The position numbers and the translations under genes are program-made. Under the pieces are notes generated by a model. That model was not told where the DNA came from and searched no databases. It was given only the letters and a program-made list of their open reading frames with translations. Of a DNA stretch of 32,000 nt, positions 1 to 7,460 are shown piece by piece (within the stretch, counting starts at the first letter, position 1; each line of letters starts with the position of its first letter). This DNA comes from Erysipelotrichaceae bacterium. GTDB taxonomy: Bacteria; Bacillota_I; Bacilli_A; Erysipelotrichales; Coprobacillaceae. The stretch is from the NCBI GenBank assembly GCA_028698185.1, contig JAQVDW010000004.1:1-32000 (forward strand), given 5' to 3'.

Positions 1-619
1 GATAATAGCCATGATCGTTGAGTGTAAGAGGAATGATGCGATGGGTTTGCCGGGCCGGATGGTTCAAATTGCCGGCGAATCCGACGTTTTCCTTGCATAG
101 CAGACATTTGGGATAACCGGACGACTTCAAAGATTTTGCCGCGGCAATTTCCTTGGGGTCTTTTTCCGGTTTGGAAAGATTGATTGTTATCTCAAAATTC
201 CCATACTTGTAATTATGCTTGAAGCGGATATTGCGGTCGGTCCGGTTTTTGCGGATATAATTGGATGCGATTGACAGATTGTAGAAGTAATCGGTTGCCA
301 ATACCGGTTCGTCTTGATACAACTCAAAGAAGTTGCGGATTACCTCTGATTGCCGCGGCATGAGACAGTTCATGATTCGTGTATCAAACAAATCGCGCTC
401 GGTGACGTTGTTATCCAAGAGGTGATGGTCAATCGCGTATTCAAGCATGGCGTCGATGATATCGTGGTTTGTAGTGATAGGTTCGTCTATCGCCTGTAAT
501 TCGAAGCTGTCCAATGCAAACAGGTTTAACAATAAGTTGGCGGCATAGTCGATGTCGTATGGCCCAATCAGGCTGTGGTCAAGGCCGTATTTCAGTAATT
601 TGCTTATAAGAAAGTCCAT
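1..619 (-). CDS. galT: galactose-1-phosphate uridylyltransferase (Gram-positive type-2 GalT); N-terminal ~206 codons, continues beyond window start
   Basis: Hand translation of the minus strand from ATG at 619-617 (GGAGAA SD upstream) gives MDFLISKLLKYGLDHSLIGPYDIDYAAN...GNFEITINLSKPEKDPKEIAAAK...YPKCLLCKENVGFAGNLNHPARQTHRIIPLTLNDHGYY. The frame stays open to position 1. The ITINLSKPEKDPKEIAAAK and NHPAR blocks are typical of Firmicutes GalT. It is absent from the ORF track because it is open-ended. Confidence 0.85.
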   Translation of the reverse strand, partial: MDFLISKLLKYGLDHSLIGPYDIDYAANLLLNLFALDSFELQAIDEPITTNHDIIDAMLEYAIDHHLLDNNVTERDLFDTRIMNCLMPRQSEVIRNFFELYQDEPVLATDYFYNLSIASNYIRKNRTDRNIRFKHNYKYGNFEITINLSKPEKDPKEIAAAKSLKSSGYPKCLLCKENVGFAGNLNHPARQTHRIIPLTLNDHGYY

Positions 620-645
620 AATTATTTCTCCTTTTCGTTAACTAT

Positions 646-673
646 ATTCTATCATCATTATAGTTCATGTCAA
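646..673 (-). promoter_or_regulatory. putative sigma-A promoter for galT (TTGACA-16-TAGAAT with TG extension)
   Basis: The minus strand reads TTGACA (668-673), a 16-nt spacer ending in TGA, then TAGAAT (646-651). This lies about 27 nt upstream of the galT start. Confidence 0.5.
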
Positions 674-677
674 TAAG

Positions 678-732
678 TTTTACTAAAATAACGTAATGTT
701 TTTAGTAAATACTTGACTCTGTTTTAGTAAAA
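678..732. promoter_or_regulatory. three copies of the 11-bp palindrome TTTTA(C/G)TAAAA; candidate GalR (LacI-family) operators
   Basis: The copies are TTTTACTAAAA at 678-688, TTTTAGTAAAt at 700-710 and TTTTAGTAAAA at 722-732. Copy 1 abuts the galT -35. Copy 3 fills the spacer of the galE promoter. Confidence 0.5.
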
Positions 733-741
733 TTATATAAT
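713..741 (+). promoter_or_regulatory. putative sigma-A promoter for galE-galR (TTGACT-17-TATAAT)
   Basis: TTGACT at 713-718, a 17-nt spacer, then TATAAT at 736-741, about 27 nt upstream of the galE start. Confidence 0.6.
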
Positions 742-767
742 GGGTGTGTGGAAAGGAGGAAATGAAA

Positions 768-1742
768 ATGAGCATTTTGGTTTTAGGTGGTGCCGGTTAT
801 ATCGGCAGCCACACGGTGTATGCCTTGATTGAACGGGGTGAGGAAGTTGTCATTATAGACAATCTGCAAACCGGGTTCAAGAAACTGATTCATCCGGATG
901 CAAAGTTTTATCTTGGCGATGTCCGCGACAAGGAATTCATGAAGAAGGTCTTCGAACAAGAGGATATAAAAGGTGTGATTCACTTCTGCGCGAATTCCCT
1001 GGTTGGGGTAAGCATGGTCGAACCCCTGGATTATTATGACAACAATCTGTATGGTATGATCTGCCTGTTGGAAATAATGCGGGATTTTGACGTCAAACAC
1101 ATTGTTTTTTCATCAACTGCAGCTGTTTATGGCGAACCGAATCATGTGCCGATATTGGAGGAAGATTCGACTATTCCAACCAATCCTTATGGCGAAACCA
1201 AGCTGGCGATGGAAAAGCTGATGCGGTGGTGTGAAAAAGCCTACGGCATCACCTGGGTAGCCTTGAGATATTTCAATGCTTGCGGGGCCCATGAAAACAA
1301 GTTGATCGGTGAACTCCATGATCCAGAAACGCATCTGATACCAATCGTTCTTCAGGTTGCCCAAGGCAAAAGAGATACTATCAGGGTGTTCGGCGACGAC
1401 TATGACAGTGAAGACGGAACATGCATCAGGGATTATATCCATGTCAACGATCTGGCGGACGCCCATATCAAGGCTTTGAATTACTTGTATGACAAAGGTC
1501 GCAGCGATATCTTCAACCTTGGCAATGGAACTGGATATTCGGTTTTGGAAATCATTGAAGCCGCAAAAAAGATTACAAAGAAACCGATTCATGTTACAAT
1601 GGACGTAAGACGTCCAGGAGATCCGGCAAAACTAGTCGCCAACAGCAATAAAGCCAAGCTGATACTTGGCTGGCAACCTCGATACACCAATATCGAAGAA
1701 ATTATTGAGACTGCTTGGAACTTTTACGTCAATAACCAATAA
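768..1742 (+). CDS. galE: UDP-glucose 4-epimerase
   Basis: The ORF track frame is 744..1742. I prefer ATG 768 (MSILVLGGAGYIGSH), which sits 7 nt after AAGGAGGA (753-760). It has a Rossmann GGAGYIGSH motif, a YGETK catalytic motif and a length typical of GalE. Confidence 0.92.
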   Translation: MSILVLGGAGYIGSHTVYALIERGEEVVIIDNLQTGFKKLIHPDAKFYLGDVRDKEFMKKVFEQEDIKGVIHFCANSLVGVSMVEPLDYYDNNLYGMICLLEIMRDFDVKHIVFSSTAAVYGEPNHVPILEEDSTIPTNPYGETKLAMEKLMRWCEKAYGITWVALRYFNACGAHENKLIGELHDPETHLIPIVLQVAQGKRDTIRVFGDDYDSEDGTCIRDYIHVNDLADAHIKALNYLYDKGRSDIFNLGNGTGYSVLEIIEAAKKITKKPIHVTMDVRRPGDPAKLVANSNKAKLILGWQPRYTNIEEIIETAWNFYVNNQ

Positions 1743-1754
1743 AAAGGAGATTGA

Positions 1755-2756
<1,002 letters not shown>

Positions 2757-2984
2757 TTAAGGCAGCAAGATTTTCTATTTTGAAAAATCATTTTCATTCG
2801 ATACTTTCGTTTTTTATAGCACAATTTGGCCGGGTAGAAAAAATCTTTCGACTTGGGCTAATTGATTATTTTGATCCAATTTTTTTACCATCCATAATTA
2901 GAATGAAAAATGATCCCAAAGCTGGTTTCGATATTTATCGTAATCGGCTTTTTCAAACTCGACGTCGCAGCTCCATCAGATAAA

Positions 2985-3012
2985 TTGAAATTCTGTTGAT
3001 ATTTGATATAAT
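2985..3012 (+). promoter_or_regulatory. putative promoter for the AraC-family gene (TTGAAA-16-TGaTATAAT)
   Basis: TTGAAA at 2985-2990, a 16-nt spacer ending in TGA, then TATAAT at 3007-3012. Confidence 0.5.
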
Positions 3013-3084
3013 TTTGGCAAAGGTATTTTCAAAACGCCTATGTATTCTTCAATTGTCTTTGACCGTATACCTGGAGGAAGTATT

Positions 3085-3948
3085 ATGAATTCGTATTTGG
3101 AAGGTGAGAATATCTCCCTTGACGATCTTTATCTCGAAGTTGAAAACAAATCTTTCGAGGATTTGTATTTGAAATTTTGCGGAATGGAAAAGTGTGAACC
3201 CAATTATTCATACGGTCCGGTAGTCAGGGCATTTCCTTTGATTCATTATTGCCTTGAGGGACAAGGTAAATTTTATTTCAACGACAAGGTTTACCCGATC
3301 AAGAAGGGTGATGCGTTTTTGATAATGCCGGATGTGGTTACATTCTACCAGGCTGACAGTGAGGACCCTTGGACATATCTGTGGATCAGCTTTTCTGGAA
3401 CCAAAACCCAACAATATCTTAGCAGGTGCAACCTCGACGAGAAAAATCCGGTAATCCATTGCGACTATGCCGATGAGCTGGTAGCGGCGACAAAGGCCAT
3501 TATCAAGCACAACAAGCTAAGCTACTCCAATGAGCTTTTTATTCAAGGGCAGATGTTCATATTTTTCAGCTATCTGGCAAAAAGTGCGAATGTCCCTTAT
3601 GACAAATCCGCGACAAAAGATTATAATGTCTACGTCAACAAGGCAATTGAATACATTCAAAACAACTACCAGAACATGGTGACAGTCAAGGAATTGGCCG
3701 ATTACCTGTCGTTGAATCGTAGTTACCTTACCACCTTGTTCAAGAAGCATCTCAATATTTCTCTCCAGGAATTCCTCGTCCAGTACCGAATGGTTCGGGC
3801 TGAGGAACTTCTTCGAAAAACTGACATCCCAATCAGCCAGGTAGCTTATTCATGCGGGTATTCCAACCAACTTTCGTTTTCTAAATCATTCAACAATACC
3901 CACCAGATATCCCCGCGTGACTATCGTAAGAAATTCCGTTCTAAATGA
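3085..3948 (+). CDS. AraC-family transcriptional regulator (N-terminal cupin-type sugar-binding domain plus C-terminal double HTH)
   Basis: The ORF track frame is 3040..3948. ATG 3085 (MNSYLEG) follows GGAGGA by 7 nt. The C-terminus (VKELADYLSLNRSYLTTLFKK...ISQVAYSCGYSNQLSFSKSFNNTHQISPRDYRKKF) is a classical AraC HTH pair. Confidence 0.85.
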   Translation: MNSYLEGENISLDDLYLEVENKSFEDLYLKFCGMEKCEPNYSYGPVVRAFPLIHYCLEGQGKFYFNDKVYPIKKGDAFLIMPDVVTFYQADSEDPWTYLWISFSGTKTQQYLSRCNLDEKNPVIHCDYADELVAATKAIIKHNKLSYSNELFIQGQMFIFFSYLAKSANVPYDKSATKDYNVYVNKAIEYIQNNYQNMVTVKELADYLSLNRSYLTTLFKKHLNISLQEFLVQYRMVRAEELLRKTDIPISQVAYSCGYSNQLSFSKSFNNTHQISPRDYRKKFRSK

Positions 3949-3960
3949 GTGGGCGATGGA

Positions 3961-4000
3961 GTCAACTTAAGAAATTTTTCTTGAGTTGGCTTTTATTTTG
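3961..4000 (+). terminator. rho-independent terminator after the AraC gene
   Basis: GTCAACTTAAG-aaattttt-CTTGAGTTGGC forms a hairpin with two mismatch/wobble positions. It is followed by TTTTATTTTG. Confidence 0.6.
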
Positions 4001-4299
4001 TTTCTGCACCCACCTTATTTCCAAATCGGTTTTGGACATAACTATAGATCCAATACATTAAAAAGAACGGATATAATCTATGACAGATTCTGATTTTTTT
4101 CGATATTTCCATTCATTCAAGGTGGGGTTGTCCTGCTTCGATATGTGGGGCAGGTTGCATGGATCGGTTATTTTTCATTTGAAATTACTGAAGCGCTATG
4201 TTACAAGCCGATTATTTCTTTTGAAATTCCGTTTTGGCGCCTTGTTCCAAATTGGGATTCGCATTATTGTCTCCTATGAAAATACTTATAAAAGAATTG

Positions 4300-4700
4300 A
4301 TTGTCGAGGTCAGGTTAAACGCCTAAGTAGCTTGATTTCGGGGTATTGTTCACGAATTCCATGGCCGGATTGTAGATATCCAGCTCCAGGATGGTGGCAT
4401 CGCAATCCCTGTAAAAGATGCCTGTAATCATTCAACCAAGCTTTTTGCAATGACAATTGCCTGAAGGTTGACTTTTTCAACAAGCTCATATACTGGTTTG
4501 TTCAATTACATTTCCGGATTATGGTGATGTGCGTATTGTCAGCTTTTGATTCCAGACATTCTTTCAAATCCATTTATCGGTTACAATGATCATTATAGAT
4601 GGATATTTGTTACTGACTAAAATCAGTTGCTGTTGTCATAATGTTTTGGGTTGTCGATTTCATGATCGATTTTCCCGAACCCTATGTCATTACAAACGCA
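4300..4700 (-). pseudogene. possible decayed gene(s): short protein-like frames broken by stops and frame changes
   Basis: Minus-strand fragments appear in successive frames. They read ...GFGKIDHEIDNPKHYDNSN*, MDLKECLESKADNTHITIIRKCN*, NKPVYELVEKVNLQAIVIAKSLVE* and TGIFYRDCDATILELDIYNPAMEFVNNTPKSSYLGV*. I do not recognise a family. Confidence 0.2.
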
Positions 4701-4701
4701 G

Positions 4702-4731
4702 CAAAGGCCCTTAATTTTTGAGGGGCCTTTG
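4702..4731. other. GC-rich hairpin (CAAAGGCCC / GGGCCTTTG, 11-12 nt loop); possible terminator
   Basis: Perfect 9-bp stem. It sits 2 nt after the end of the interrupted 75-codon minus-strand frame (4734..4961). The flanking U-tract is weak. Confidence 0.4.
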
Positions 4732-4733
4732 AC

Positions 4734-4961
4734 TTACTGCTTTTTTAGCATCAGTGATCGATTATGTAACGATGGAACTTGCGTGGATCGGCCCATCTTC
4801 TTATTGAGGTATTCGAGAGATTGCAATGCGACCCTGCATGCGTTGACTGCCGAGGCGCATCGATCAGTCCGCTTAAGTTTGCCCCAAACAGCTCGAACCG
4901 ATACAAAGGTTCATCCATAAGCACTGGCAACGAGCTGCGCCACCAACCGTATCATATCCAT
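4734..4961 (-). pseudogene. 75-codon frame with one in-frame TGA, directly downstream of the EIIB gene; possibly a decayed PTS EIIA (lactose/cellobiose type)
   Basis: The frame reads MDMIRLVAQLVASAYG*TFVSVRAVWGKLKRTDRCASAVNACRVALQSLEYLNKKMGRSTQVPSLHNRSLMLKKQ*. Its position, size and helical character fit an EIIA, but I cannot see the phospho-His motif. Confidence 0.15.
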
Positions 4962-5008
4962 ATACGTACCTTGGCATGGGGTTGGTTTGATGCGATTAAA
5001 GTGTTGAC

Positions 5009-5335
5009 TTATCTGGCCTTGCCTTCCAAGAGATCCCAGGCAAAGTTGAATACCTTTTCTCCTTGAAGAGTCGCGTAATCATGGGAATCGATTGATGCGA
5101 CGGGAATGGCGGGCTGCGGTCCGCTTTTTACCGTTTTTTCGATCTTTGTATTGAGATAGCTTAACGCCGGTTCGATCAAAACCAGATCGGCCTGGACTAT
5201 GTCATCACGAAATTGCGAATAGCGGACCGGAACCATCCGGATTGTGACATCACGTTCCCTGGCAAATGGTTCCATCTTTTTTATCAGCAGACCTGCCGAC
5301 ATGCAGTAGGCGCATACGACCGCGATTGTCTTCAT
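5009..5335 (-). CDS. PTS EIIB component, lactose/cellobiose family
   Basis: The ORF track frame is 5009..5362. ATG 5335 (MKTIAVVCAYCMSAGLLIKKME...) follows AAGGAG by 6 nt. The VVCAYCMSAGLL active-site Cys loop and ~108-aa size fit the PTS_IIB family. Confidence 0.75.
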   Translation of the reverse strand: MKTIAVVCAYCMSAGLLIKKMEPFARERDVTIRMVPVRYSQFRDDIVQADLVLIEPALSYLNTKIEKTVKSGPQPAIPVASIDSHDYATLQGEKVFNFAWDLLEGKAR

Positions 5336-5399
5336 TTTGATCTCCTTCATTGGCATCATCACCCCATACTAAGAATTATCCAAGAGTGTTTACAGGTAA

Positions 5400-5428
5400 A
5401 TCGTATTCCCAAAAGCGGATGCTGTCAA
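5400..5428 (-). promoter_or_regulatory. putative promoter for the EIIB gene (TTGACA-17-TACGAT)
   Basis: The minus strand reads TTGACA (5423-5428), a 17-nt spacer, then TACGAT (5400-5405). Confidence 0.45.
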
Positions 5429-5478
5429 CTTTATTAGATGCAAATGGTCGCAAAGTTCAGATTCCGTTTATCTTAATT

Positions 5479-5520
5479 TAAAAAGCACCCGGTCTTCATT
5501 CCAAGGTGCTTTTATTTTTG
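5479..5520 (-). terminator. rho-independent terminator downstream of padR (A/T tracts on both sides)
   Basis: AAAAGCACC...GGTGCTTTT stem flanked by AAAAA and TTTTATTTTT, immediately after the padR stop at 5526. Confidence 0.6.
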
Positions 5521-5525
5521 AATCA

Positions 5526-6080
5526 TTATGGCTTGTTTTTGGCTCCAGCTTCAATATAACCGATGCATTGATCAATCCACTCGATGATGTTTTCCTGTCT
5601 CATGATGGCCCCCTTGAGGACCACGAAGTCACCGAAGCGGTCCGAGTAAAGATCCGGGACTTCAGGGTATTGTTCCGAAGTCTTGACTAAGGTGTTGAGC
5701 CGTTTGAGATGTTGCTGGCGCTGGTTTTCAAGCAGGTGGATCCGGGTCTTGGGATCAAGGTTGTTCGAGAAGTACATCCGAAGCCGGAAAATGTCCTTCT
5801 GGGTCTTGGGAATCTTCTCATCTTTGTGGAGCCATTGGGTGAATTCAAGTTCGCCCTCTTTGGTAATCGAGTAGCGTTTGGCTTCGAGGATGTCGCCACT
5901 TATCTCGATATCGTAAGTCACCAGACCTTCGTCATTTAGTTTTTTTAGTTCGGGGTAAATCTGGCTGTGGCTGGCGTGCCAGAATTCGGCCAACTCGAAG
6001 TTGAATTCCTTGGCTAGTTCATAGCCGGTCATCGGTCTTTTTATCAGCAAGCCAAGGATGGCATATTTGAGTACTCGCAT
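5526..6080 (-). CDS. PadR-family transcriptional regulator (long form with C-terminal domain)
   Basis: The winged-HTH region reads YAILGLLIKRPMTGYELAKEF...SHSQIYPELKKLNDEGLV, over 184 aa. An AGGAGA SD lies upstream. Confidence 0.85.
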   Translation of the reverse strand: MRVLKYAILGLLIKRPMTGYELAKEFNFELAEFWHASHSQIYPELKKLNDEGLVTYDIEISGDILEAKRYSITKEGELEFTQWLHKDEKIPKTQKDIFRLRMYFSNNLDPKTRIHLLENQRQQHLKRLNTLVKTSEQYPEVPDLYSDRFGDFVVLKGAIMRQENIIEWIDQCIGYIEAGAKNKP

Positions 6081-6111
6081 AAATTTCTCCTGATTCCATT
6101 AATATAGTCAT

Positions 6112-6179
6112 ATAATAGTCGGTTTAATAATTAAAATCAACATGTAAATATTGACATGTAAGATTAATCGTGTTATAAC
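6112..6179. promoter_or_regulatory. divergent promoters plus a PadR-type operator (ATGT-N8-ACAT)
   Basis: ACATGTaaatattgACATGT lies at 6140-6159, with ATGT at 6142-6145, an 8-nt gap and ACAT at 6154-6157. The plus-strand promoter is TTGACA (6151-6156)-17-TATAAC (6174-6179). The minus-strand promoter is TTGATT (6135-6140)-17-TATTAT (6112-6117). Confidence 0.65.
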
Positions 6180-6214
6180 TTTGTTATATTTTTAACAAAC
6201 TTGGAGGAAGAGAA

Positions 6215-7444
6215 ATGAGTTTAACGAAGAAAAGGTGGCTGATTCTGGCTGCCTGCTGTTTCATCAACCTGTGCATCGGTTCGCTGTATGCATGGAGCGT
6301 CTTGGCTGGTCCAATGGCGGCTTATCTTGGAGAATTGAACGGAGTGACTTTAACGGCGCGGGATCTGTCGATCGTTTTTGTCATCGCGAACTCGGTCGGA
6401 CCGATCACTATGATCACTGGCGGAAAAATCAACGATACCCTGGGGCCTAAAATGGTTGTCCTTATCGGGGGGATGATGTTCGGGGGCGGAATGTTCCTGT
6501 CTGGTTTTGCAACTTCAATCAGCTTCTTGATCGTTACTTATTCATTGTTGCTAGGTCTTGGTCTTGGAATGGTTTATGGTGCTACCATCTCAACTTGCAT
6601 CAAGTTTTTCCCGGACAAACGCGGTCTTATCGGTGGTCTTACCACTTCGACTTTCGGGATTTCTTCAGTAATCATCCCACCGATTGCCGGAGCAATCATA
6701 ACAATGACCGGACCGACTACGGCTTTTAAAGTCATCGGGGCGGCATTCATCGTCATCATTGCAGTAAGTTCTTTATTCATTGAAAAATGTCCTGATGGAT
6801 TTGTGCCTGAAGGATGGACACCACCGGCAGCCACTGGCAAAAAAGCCGGAGGGGAAAGCAAAAACTGGCTTGGCATGCTTAAATCACCGATCTTCTATGT
6901 AATGATCGTTATGCTTACTTGCGGTGCTTTTGCGGCACTGATGTTCATTCCGATGATTTCGCCAATCGCGCAAAACATGATCGGGATGTCAACGGCAGCG
7001 GCAACTACAGCCGTGTCGACCTTGGCTCTGTTCAATGTTTTCGGTCGTGTCCTGGCGGGAAGTCTTTCAGACAAATTCGGCCGGATCAATGTCCTTGGGG
7101 CAGCTTGTGTCCTGTCAGTCATCGGTCTTGGATTATTGTACATCGCCGACATGGGCGACACTTTGCCGTTCTTTGCGGGAATCTCGATTGTCGGAGCGTG
7201 CTTCGGTTCGTTTATGGGGGTCTTCCCAGGATTCACAGCGGATCAGTTTGGTCCAAAATACAATTCTGTCAACTTCGGAATCATGTTTATCGGTTTTTCG
7301 ATTGCCGGATACGTGGGACCAAGCATCCTCAACAACATTTACGGGGCGCAAGGCAGCTACAATATGGCGTTTGTGACAGCTATGGGATTCTCAGTGGCTG
7401 GTCTGGTATTGACCTTCGCTTATCGTGTCTTGAACAGAAAATAG
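6215..7444 (+). CDS. MFS transporter, oxalate/formate-antiporter-like (OFA/monocarboxylate type)
   Basis: 409 aa with about 12 hydrophobic segments. The N-terminus WLILAACCFINLCIGSLYAWSV is typical of OFA-family MFS proteins. A GGAGGA SD lies upstream. Confidence 0.8.
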   Translation: MSLTKKRWLILAACCFINLCIGSLYAWSVLAGPMAAYLGELNGVTLTARDLSIVFVIANSVGPITMITGGKINDTLGPKMVVLIGGMMFGGGMFLSGFATSISFLIVTYSLLLGLGLGMVYGATISTCIKFFPDKRGLIGGLTTSTFGISSVIIPPIAGAIITMTGPTTAFKVIGAAFIVIIAVSSLFIEKCPDGFVPEGWTPPAATGKKAGGESKNWLGMLKSPIFYVMIVMLTCGAFAALMFIPMISPIAQNMIGMSTAAATTAVSTLALFNVFGRVLAGSLSDKFGRINVLGAACVLSVIGLGLLYIADMGDTLPFFAGISIVGACFGSFMGVFPGFTADQFGPKYNSVNFGIMFIGFSIAGYVGPSILNNIYGAQGSYNMAFVTAMGFSVAGLVLTFAYRVLNRK

Positions 7445-7460
7445 ATCAAGGAGAGAAAGA

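Noticed and set aside
744-767. The upstream start codons in the ORF track for galE (GTG 744). The same question arises for the AraC gene (3040), cbiM (11226), cbiO (13112), tetR (17722), purD (30169), the GGGtGRT gene (22430) and the lipoprotein gene (20729).
   Set aside because: In each case an internal ATG sits 5-8 nt after a strong AGGAGG-like SD. That ATG also gives the N-terminus typical of the family.
4080-4427. 115-aa plus-strand ORF in the gene-poor region.
   Set aside because: The composition is rich in F, R, C and W and does not look like protein. There is no SD. The opposite strand carries the more protein-like, though broken, frames.
4911-4913. The in-frame TGA in the 75-codon frame as evidence for TGA recoding or an alternative genetic code.
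   Set aside because: All long, motif-bearing genes in the window are intact under the standard code, and several terminate with TGA. A decayed gene is the simpler explanation.
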